Shown here piece after piece: positions 57,083 through 64,000 of a DNA stretch of 64,000 nt. The stretch covers positions 134,800 through 198,799 of the forward strand of contig JACPDA010000004.1 of NCBI GenBank assembly GCA_016184225.1. Direction: 5' to 3'. Numbering within the stretch: position 1 is the stretch's first letter; each line of letters begins with the position of its first letter. Source of the stretch: Candidatus Daviesbacteria bacterium. GTDB lineage: Bacteria > Patescibacteriota > Microgenomatia > Daviesbacterales > UBA10151. The notes beneath the pieces are model-generated. The model ran no database searches, was not told the DNA's origin, and saw nothing but the letters and a program-made list of their open reading frames with translations. The position numbers and the translations under genes were made by a program.

Positions 57083-58330
57083 GTGAAAACTTTGCGACCC
57101 TTAAGACTCGGAAGAGGCAAAAAAGATAATTCTTTAAAATTAAGAAGAGTAAAAAAAATCTTCAAGAAACTGCTGCCGATCACTTTAGTGATCGGGATTT
57201 TTATATTACTTGCCTTTTTCATAACAACCTTATCTGGTACTGGTTCTTATGTAAGTTCCATAATTTCCGGCACCTCCTTAAAGTCTACCAATGGTCAGGT
57301 GAATTTAGTACTCTTAGGAATTGCAGGGGGGCTGCATGATGGTAGTAATTTAACTGATACCATTATGGTTGCTTCGTATAATCTAAAAACCAATCAGGTA
57401 TATTTATTTTCCATACCTCGGGATTTGTGGTTACCGGCGCTGCGGAGTAAAGCAAATGCGGTTTACCAAATTGGTCTTTCAGAGGGTAATGACTTAGGGT
57501 TAGCTAAAGTAGTTTTGGGAAATGTTTTAGGAATACCGATTCATTACGCCTTGAGGGTAGATTTTAGAGGATTCGTACAAGCAATTGATGCAATAGACGG
57601 GATAGAGGTAGTGATTGAAAATCCGTTTGATGATTATCTGTACCCGATTGCTGGTAAAGAAAACGACCTTTGTGGAAATACGGAAAAAGAGATAGATTTT
57701 AATGAAGAAGAGGCAAAGAAATTAAATATCGAGCCGGGTAAGAGAAAGGTTCTAATTACAAACGACGGACAAATTGCCACCGATTCAGCCCAGGAAGATA
57801 AAGGAATTGAATATTTTAATTGTCGATATGAACACATCAGTTTTAGCAAGGGTAAGATGCAAATGAGCGGGGCAGTGGCTTTGAGTTTCGTGCGTTCAAG
57901 ACACGGAACAAATAGTGAAGGATCGGATTTTGCCAGGTCAAAAAGACAACAAAAGGTAATTGAGGCGGTCAGGAATAAACTCTTATCCTTAGAAACTTTA
58001 ACAAACCCACAAAAAATTACAGATTTAATGGGGGCATTAGGTAAAAGCATAGACACTGATATTTCTGTAAAAGAAGCGATAGATTTTTACAAATTGTCAC
58101 AAAAATTAAATAAAACTTATAATTTTATTTTGGATGATTCTCCGAAATTTGGTTTACCTGATAATCGCAAGTCATTGCTCGTACATCCGCCGGCTTCAGA
58201 TTACGGAGGCGCCTATGTTTTAGTGTCTCAAGATGATGACTTTTCTATTGTTCAGGGATATGTTAGAAAGGTACTGAAAGGTGAAATAACAGAATATGAT
58301 GCTACAGCTTCTGCACGGACCCGCAATTAA
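57083..58330 (+). CDS. LCP (LytR-CpsA-Psr) family protein
   Basis: TDTIM, SIPRDLW, FVRSRH and SDFARSKRQQ motifs. Confidence 0.92.
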   Translation: MKTLRPLRLGRGKKDNSLKLRRVKKIFKKLLPITLVIGIFILLAFFITTLSGTGSYVSSIISGTSLKSTNGQVNLVLLGIAGGLHDGSNLTDTIMVASYNLKTNQVYLFSIPRDLWLPALRSKANAVYQIGLSEGNDLGLAKVVLGNVLGIPIHYALRVDFRGFVQAIDAIDGIEVVIENPFDDYLYPIAGKENDLCGNTEKEIDFNEEEAKKLNIEPGKRKVLITNDGQIATDSAQEDKGIEYFNCRYEHISFSKGKMQMSGAVALSFVRSRHGTNSEGSDFARSKRQQKVIEAVRNKLLSLETLTNPQKITDLMGALGKSIDTDISVKEAIDFYKLSQKLNKTYNFILDDSPKFGLPDNRKSLLVHPPASDYGGAYVLVSQDDDFSIVQGYVRKVLKGEITEYDATASARTRN

Positions 58331-58934
58331 TGCTTCCAGAAGGAAGCTTCAAGAATTAAAGAAAAAATTTAATCCGGAAAATATAGTGGTTTTTGATTCG
58401 GAGGCACAATCGGGACAGGTAATTGCCAGTTTAATGACTGTCCCAATGTTTTCTGAGCAGAGATTAATTATTTGGGAAAATCCTCCAGAAGGTTTTGTCT
58501 TAGACTCATCACTCATCACTCATCACTCATCACTCATCTTGTGGTTTGATTACGAAGTGGATACCAAGAAGTGGCCCCGGTTTGAGCCGCTATTTTTTCC
58601 CGAGGCTAAAGAAGTTTCAGTTTTTCCTTTTCTTGATTTTTTGGTAGCTAAAGATCAAAAAGCTTTTCTAGAAATGGAAAAATTAAAAACTGCTGGTTTT
58701 GATATCCATTACTGTCTGACGATGGTTTTTTATCTGCTGCGTAATTTAATTGTCACTCCTAAAAATGCCCCGGATTTTGTAAAAAAGAAGCTTATTAGAC
58801 AAAGAGCGGAATTTGACAGGGAAAAGATAACCAGGCTTTATAAAGATATCTTGGAAATTGACTTCAAAATGAAATCCGGCTTCTTAGAAAAACCCCAGGC
58901 AGAGTTTCTACTAATTAATAGGTTTCTGCGCTAA
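58296..58934 (+). CDS. Short DNA polymerase III delta (HolA)-like protein
   Basis: LLHG N-terminus, PMFSEQRLII and LEIDFKMKSG. Confidence 0.6.
   Translation: MMLQLLHGPAINASRRKLQELKKKFNPENIVVFDSEAQSGQVIASLMTVPMFSEQRLIIWENPPEGFVLDSSLITHHSSLILWFDYEVDTKKWPRFEPLFFPEAKEVSVFPFLDFLVAKDQKAFLEMEKLKTAGFDIHYCLTMVFYLLRNLIVTPKNAPDFVKKKLIRQRAEFDREKITRLYKDILEIDFKMKSGFLEKPQAEFLLINRFLR
58504..58538 (+). repeat. Heptamer tandem repeat (ACTCATC)x5
   Basis: Read directly; encodes SSLITHHSS. Confidence 0.95.
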
Positions 58935-58981
58935 ATTTATACACATTTTGAATCTGTTCGTGCCTGTGATAGAATAACCCA

Positions 58982-60544
58982 ATGAAAAATGTAGAAGGCC
59001 GCCCAGGCTATCCGGTTTTTTCAAGACCAAGTACAGATGTTACTTATATTAAAGGAGTAAATTTCTATAGACATTATGAACAACATAGAAAAGGAGCTAG
59101 GCCCATTGTTATTTATCCACCTCTAGGCAACGTTTGGATAGCGCTGGAGTATTTTGGCCAAAGATTTGGTATTAAAACATTGACCCAGCTTGAGAGAGAC
59201 GACGATTCAAGCAAACCCCAAAACCCGCCTAACATCAACAAAGAGACAGAAAATTTGGGTACCCAGTATTCTCCGGAAGGGATTTGTGGTCCTTTTAAGT
59301 CATTAATGGGCTATACCTTGCAAAGTGCGATAAGATTTGAAAAGTTACGGGAAGCAATGGGTGATGATGTTATTTACCCTGTTTTCATGACTCATGAGAG
59401 CACCGGACTTTGCAGGGAGCGAACTTATGGTAGATTGGCTGAAGCACATCTTCACGATTATTATATGCATAACTTTGGCCACGCTAATTTTGATTTTTAC
59501 ATCCTGAAAGATTCTGTCCAAGGGGTAATGGAATTTGTTTCCTTTCTTCTTGATGTTTCAGGAAGAAATATTGGAGCTTCTAGATTTAGAATAATTACTA
59601 ACTTTATTGACACCGTAAACCTTATAAACGAAGCGATCGAACGGTTAGATATGGCGGAAATTTTTGAGAAAGATGTCAGATATACTCAAAGTCTGATATC
59701 TGAAAACGATTTCCATAAGGCTGAAGTGATACTGCAGGGAGCAAGGCTGGCATTGGCATCAGGCGATTTGCCCAATAACAAAAAAAGTGGTGTTACACAT
59801 GTGATGCGCCAGAAGTTAGAAGACTTACCAGAGAGAAAGGTAATTCCCGGAGGTAATCTTGCTAAGGCTGGTGAGGTTTTTCTGGCTAATGTTCTGGATG
59901 AAATGCATCAGCGGGAGACTGCTGTTATTGGTGAAATCCCCCTGGCTAATGTTCTGGATGAAATGCATCAGAGGTTAAATGCCTTACCTAGGATAAGAGA
60001 GATTCCAAAGGGGGTGATTGCTATTGCCGGTGAGATCTTTATGGTTGAAGAAATGGCCAGTTCAGCAGCAGATCTCGGCTCGGTATTGGGAAAACTAGGA
60101 TATTACTATGTAAAAACCGTGGGTCACAGCCATTATACCCATAAAGTTAGATTAGATTTAGAAAGACTATCTGCATTTCTTATTAGAAAATTAAACCCAC
60201 TTCACAGGGATCAAAAGGCAGAATTAGCAGCAAAAGCAGGTTTAAGGCGTGATGTGGGCGGACACAGTTTAGATACAGGCAAACTTGCGACTCTAATTAA
60301 TGAAGGAAAGGCGGATTATGACGGTGTAATTGAAATGTTTCCTTACAATTGTCTCCCCCAAATTATGGCTGCCAATATTGTAAAATGTGAAATACCTTGG
60401 CTACGGTTGCTGTTTGGAGAACAAGCAGGTAGAGCAGGAATTATCACTAGAGTGGAAGCTTCTTTAGATACAATTGAAAGACGAAAACAAAAAGCAAAAG
60501 AAAGAAGATCTGCTACGATTGGTATCGCTACGAATCAGAATTAA
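58982..60544 (+). CDS. 2-hydroxyacyl-CoA dehydratase/activase-associated (COG3581-like) protein
   Basis: SPEGICGPFK, GLCR...Y, GEIF, GGH, DGVI..FP..CLP and G..TRVEA. Confidence 0.65.
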   Translation: MKNVEGRPGYPVFSRPSTDVTYIKGVNFYRHYEQHRKGARPIVIYPPLGNVWIALEYFGQRFGIKTLTQLERDDDSSKPQNPPNINKETENLGTQYSPEGICGPFKSLMGYTLQSAIRFEKLREAMGDDVIYPVFMTHESTGLCRERTYGRLAEAHLHDYYMHNFGHANFDFYILKDSVQGVMEFVSFLLDVSGRNIGASRFRIITNFIDTVNLINEAIERLDMAEIFEKDVRYTQSLISENDFHKAEVILQGARLALASGDLPNNKKSGVTHVMRQKLEDLPERKVIPGGNLAKAGEVFLANVLDEMHQRETAVIGEIPLANVLDEMHQRLNALPRIREIPKGVIAIAGEIFMVEEMASSAADLGSVLGKLGYYYVKTVGHSHYTHKVRLDLERLSAFLIRKLNPLHRDQKAELAAKAGLRRDVGGHSLDTGKLATLINEGKADYDGVIEMFPYNCLPQIMAANIVKCEIPWLRLLFGEQAGRAGIITRVEASLDTIERRKQKAKERRSATIGIATNQN

Positions 60545-60565
60545 ATTCTTAGTTTTTAGGAGATG

Positions 60566-61510
60566 TTATTGTGAGTTTAACGCTTTGAGTTTTTGGGACA
60601 TTAAGCTTAAGTCTTTTTGGTCAACTATTCCATCACCGTTAATATCAGCTTTTTTATTTTTGGGATTTTGGCCAAGGTTTTGAAGCAGCGTTGTGTAGTC
60701 TGTAGTATTGGTTATTCCATCTTCATTTAAGTCGTATTGATTAAAAGTTTCAGCTTGCTCCGGGGTTTCTTCCAGCATGGTCAAGTCTATATTCTGACCT
60801 AATTTTATCGGAGGTAAGGGAGTTGAATTAGCTTTTAATTTAAATGTAACAGTTGTCTCTTCTTTATCTGAGCGAATTATTAGTTTAGCAATAGCTCCTT
60901 CTGTTAGCTGGTACGTGCTGGAAAGATCAGCTTTTCTAACTTGCGAAAGCGGTATCAAGAAATTGCCGCCTGTTTTAACTGTCGAAGACTGGATAGTGGC
61001 CTCCGGCAGAATTAAGTAGATAACACCATTTTCTAAAGGTATGTTGCCATCCAGGATAGAACCTATAACCGGCGTGAATCCTGTTTGACTTGTTAGGGGC
61101 GTTGCGGTTTCAAACTTCTGAGTATCGGAAGTAATTTTACCAGAGGTGATTTTGAATTGATAGTTGGTTTGAGGAAGGAGGTTTTTTAGTGTGACGTAAT
61201 GAATAGAACGGGGTTTTGGTCCGCCAGCTGGCGGATTACCATCCCTATCATCCAGGACTGTTTGACCAGTAGGACTATTTTGGCCAAAGGTTAGGAAAGA
61301 AGCAGCCGGAGAATTGGTTTGCCAAGAAATTGCCACAGAATCTTCGGCAATATTTGCAACAGTAATATTTTGTGGAGTGAAATTAGGTGCAGCTTGTGAA
61401 AGAAATGTTTGTTCTCTTAAAACAAGGTAAACCCCACTTACAAGTCCCAAAAAAATTATACCGAGTCCCAAAAGAGTGGGGATTTTAAATTTGTTGATAA
61501 ATTCTTGCAT
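60566..61510 (-). CDS. Secreted FN3/purple-acid-phosphatase-N-like protein with C-terminal dockerin-like repeat
   Basis: ISWQT, H.V.L.NL.P.T.Y, DLNEDGITN..D and DINGDGIVD..D. Confidence 0.75.
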   Translation of the reverse strand: MQEFINKFKIPTLLGLGIIFLGLVSGVYLVLREQTFLSQAAPNFTPQNITVANIAEDSVAISWQTNSPAASFLTFGQNSPTGQTVLDDRDGNPPAGGPKPRSIHYVTLKNLLPQTNYQFKITSGKITSDTQKFETATPLTSQTGFTPVIGSILDGNIPLENGVIYLILPEATIQSSTVKTGGNFLIPLSQVRKADLSSTYQLTEGAIAKLIIRSDKEETTVTFKLKANSTPLPPIKLGQNIDLTMLEETPEQAETFNQYDLNEDGITNTTDYTTLLQNLGQNPKNKKADINGDGIVDQKDLSLMSQKLKALNSQ

Positions 61511-61514
61511 AGCT

Positions 61515-61685
61515 TTAATTTTCCAAACCCCGAGTGTTAAACTCAGGACTAATAGGTTCAATTACCTCCTGTACTTTCTGAGGGATTTCTACCTTTGAAT
61601 AACTATGGAAGATATCAAATACCACCCAGGCAACAATTGTAACAAAAAGTAAAATTACAGCAATAAGCCACTGTTTCCTAGTCAT
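61515..61685 (-). CDS. Small membrane protein (56 aa) after pilO, not in the ORF track
   Basis: MTRKQWLIAVILLFVTIVAWVVFDIFH...IEPISPEFN. Confidence 0.65.
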   Translation of the reverse strand: MTRKQWLIAVILLFVTIVAWVVFDIFHSYSKVEIPQKVQEVIEPISPEFNTRGLEN

Positions 61686-61695
61686 GTTTTTCGAT

Positions 61696-62304
61696 TCATT
61701 TTAAGTAAAATGCTTTTCCGGATAAAGACATAATAAGTGCCGTACCCTCTTCAACTTTAGAGATTGATAAACTATCAACTGAGATTAACCTGCTACTGTC
61801 TTTAAGATCCTGCAACAAAGAAATTAGGTTTTCGTAATTGCCTTCTGTATTGAAGGTAAAAGAGACTTCTGACAGGGAACCCATTTGATTATCGGCAGTT
61901 TCGGTATTTATAACAAGAGGCTGGACTTGTAAGGCTGATACTGAGGCCTCATGGGCTTTGGCGGTTTGTTCCAAGACTTGGATTAGCGATTTTAAGCTGA
62001 TAGCATCAGGGATTGCTGCAGCAATCCTCTCTTTTATATTTTGATCCAAGTTATCATAATTTTTTTTACCTAAAGATAAGTTATTTGCTTTTTGAGTGAC
62101 TTTTTGTAAAACTTGATCTGAATCAACAAGCCTTTTTTGCAGTACCAGAATAGTTTCAACGGTGGGTTTGATTGCAAAAAATATCAGTAAGGATATTGTC
62201 AAAAGTGTGAATATTGCCGGCCCGTAATTTTTAATAACGGGTATTTTGCCAATTGGTTTAATATAGGTAAAGTACCTGGAATAGAGTAAAGATCTGCTTT
62301 TCAC
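61696..62304 (-). CDS. Type IV pilus PilO-like protein
   Basis: TM helix, coiled coil, then G.Y..L..LL..L....RLI.VDSLSI. Confidence 0.75.
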   Translation of the reverse strand: MKSRSLLYSRYFTYIKPIGKIPVIKNYGPAIFTLLTISLLIFFAIKPTVETILVLQKRLVDSDQVLQKVTQKANNLSLGKKNYDNLDQNIKERIAAAIPDAISLKSLIQVLEQTAKAHEASVSALQVQPLVINTETADNQMGSLSEVSFTFNTEGNYENLISLLQDLKDSSRLISVDSLSISKVEEGTALIMSLSGKAFYLK

Positions 62305-62879
62305 AAACTTTTTCCTCCGGAATCAGTTGATTTAGCGTCAATGGTGAATTTGATGGTTTCTTGTTCCAATCCAACCCCGGCAAGAGCGATATCGCTAAAG
62401 ATATCTTCTTCTTTCAATCCGCTGATAAAGCTAGTTATGTTGTTACTGGATTGAGTTTCACCAGTGATATGAATGGTAGCACCACCAGTATTTTTTCCTA
62501 TATTGATATTGATAATTTTAATGCCCAGAGGAGTTTGGTCGGAAATTTTTTTTAAAATCATCGGCCAATCCAGCGCGGTCTTTTTGGTGCTGTCGATATT
62601 AGATAGTTTAAGCTGTGTTTCTCTTATCAATATCTCATAAGGCCTAAGGCTTTCAATATAGGGGATTTGTTGTTCAATAGCTTCTTTTTTAGAGGCTAAA
62701 TCTGCGTCCAGTTTAAACCTGGCACCAAAAGCAATTAAGACTATGGCGTTTACTGCCACAAAGAGATAGCGTCCGGAAGAAAGCAGCCACCGAACAAGTT
62801 TAACCGGAAGTTTTTCAGGGTTGCTTTGGGGTTTAAGTAGGTTTAGTCTGATTGTCAGCAGGGGTTTAGGCTTGGGCAT
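62301..62879 (-). CDS. Type IV pilus PilN-like protein
   Basis: INLL-like LNLLK, TM helix, W..IL..I...TP and F...L....FSDI. Confidence 0.75.
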   Translation of the reverse strand: MPKPKPLLTIRLNLLKPQSNPEKLPVKLVRWLLSSGRYLFVAVNAIVLIAFGARFKLDADLASKKEAIEQQIPYIESLRPYEILIRETQLKLSNIDSTKKTALDWPMILKKISDQTPLGIKIININIGKNTGGATIHITGETQSSNNITSFISGLKEEDIFSDIALAGVGLEQETIKFTIDAKSTDSGGKSL

Positions 62880-62930
62880 GCCTTTATTATACTAGGGTCT
62901 AGGGTTTAGGGTCTAGGGTGTAGGAGTTAA

Positions 62931-63251
62931 TCACTTGGTTGAAGTTTTCTTGACAGAAGCTTTATTTGATAACCTGGACTTTAAGCGTGCAGCTTTACTT
63001 TCGCTTGCGAAAGAAGGCTGCGAGATTAATTTAGACAATCTTGACTTCAATCGAGCAGACTTATTAGGATGGATTAGGTGGACTTTGGCGGCTTTGTCTA
63101 AAGCTGAAAAGGCTGCAGTCAGGTCTTTGACAGTTTTGCTGGCTCTGGCCTTTTTGACTAAAGACTTTAAGGCAACTTCCCGCTTTTTGTTGCGGGCAGT
63201 TCTGACTTTATCTTTTCTGACCTTTTTAATGGCCGAGCGAATAATTGGCAA
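62931..63251 (-). CDS. rpsT: 30S ribosomal protein S20 with duplicated C-terminal helix
   Basis: PIIRSAIK..R, LDKAAK..LIHPNKSARLKSRL; TTG start with GAAAGGAGG RBS. Confidence 0.93.
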   Translation of the reverse strand: MPIIRSAIKKVRKDKVRTARNKKREVALKSLVKKARASKTVKDLTAAFSALDKAAKVHLIHPNKSARLKSRLSKLISQPSFASESKAARLKSRLSNKASVKKTSTK

Positions 63252-63383
63252 TCGGAGCGCCCTCCTTTCTTTGGCGCGAGATCGCTTGCAAAAATTGTCT
63301 AAATGACAATTTTTGACAAGGGCGAGCGTTATGGTATCATAGCCACTACCTTTTTAGCAAGAAAGCAGATAAACTAAGTTAAG

Positions 63384-64000
63384 ATGGTCAAAAATTTATT
63401 TTCTCTCCTTTATTCAAGGCAAACATCAATCTTATCCGCAGCTTCGATAATAATGGCCACTATGATGTTATCCAAGGTTTTAGGTTTGGTCCGCGACCGC
63501 CTGCTTGCCCATGTCTTCTCGCCGGATCTAATCGATATTTTTTGGGCAGCATTTAGGTTACCGGACTTTATTTTTCAAATCATCATTCTAGGTGCGCTGT
63601 CTGTTGCATTTATTCCCGTTTTTACAGAACACCTTGAAGATAAAGGGAAAGAGAATGCCTTTGAGATGGCAAGAGCAGTTTTGGGTGTATTTTTTTCCGG
63701 ATTTATCTTAACAACAATTTTAATTTACGTTTTTGCGGAGCCAATTATTTCTAATTTTATAGCTCCGGGTTTTACCTCGGTCAGACAACTACAAGTTGTG
63801 GAATTAACAAGAGTGATTCTCTTTGGTCAGGTGATATTGGTTATAGGATCATTTTTTATCGGCATTTCACAATCGTTTCAGCGGTTTATTATCCCGTCTT
63901 TGTCACCGGTGTTTTATAACTTGGGGATGATTTTGGGAATTGTCTTTTTGTCCAAATATTTTGGTATTGTGGGTGCAGGCTATGGTGTTGTAATAGGCGC
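63384..64000 (+). CDS. murJ: Lipid II flippase MurJ (partial, runs off the window)
   Basis: Manual translation: LSKVLGLVRDRLLAHVF..D.FWAAFRLPDFIF..I..GALSVAFIPVF. Confidence 0.93.
   Translation, partial: MVKNLFSLLYSRQTSILSAASIIMATMMLSKVLGLVRDRLLAHVFSPDLIDIFWAAFRLPDFIFQIIILGALSVAFIPVFTEHLEDKGKENAFEMARAVLGVFFSGFILTTILIYVFAEPIISNFIAPGFTSVRQLQVVELTRVILFGQVILVIGSFFIGISQSFQRFIIPSLSPVFYNLGMILGIVFLSKYFGIVGAGYGVVIG

Noticed and set aside
1-64000. tRNA, rRNA, prophage or IS transposase genes; alternative genetic code
   Set aside because: No cloverleaf or rRNA signatures, phage structural genes or transposases recognised by eye; TGA acts as a stop in conserved genes, consistent with code 11.

Overview
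This 64 kb window looks like chromosomal DNA from a Patescibacteria/CPR bacterium (Microgenomates-like). The lineage is inferred from gene content: short ValRS/MetRS, DUF4012, PilN/PilO, VanW, LCP and FemAB genes, and many orphan ORFs. It is mostly housekeeping and envelope genes: yidD-yidC-jag, rnhA, rplY, valS, tsaD, ahcY, murB, groES/groEL, metG, tatD, sbcCD, pcrA, trxA, tpiA, rpsT and murJ, plus three toxin-antitoxin pairs. I found no rRNA, tRNA or CRISPR array. The notable signals are a layer of small selfish DNA. (1) Two ~90-aa GIY-YIG genes are each bracketed by their own family of short hairpin repeats. For one of them, gene-less versions of the same left and right hairpin pair sit as in-frame insertions in valS, murB and pcrA, suggesting a GIY-YIG-associated MITE/REP-like system. 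(2) An endonuclease gene carries the groEL RBS and first 7 codons, followed by a recoded groEL start that apparently uses ATT. (3) A LAGLIDADG intein splits the thioredoxin W|CGPC active site. (4) A ~150-nt covarying hairpin element occurs once between genes and once in-frame inside a gene. (5) Several other palindromic and 7-mer tandem repeat families are embedded in coding sequences.
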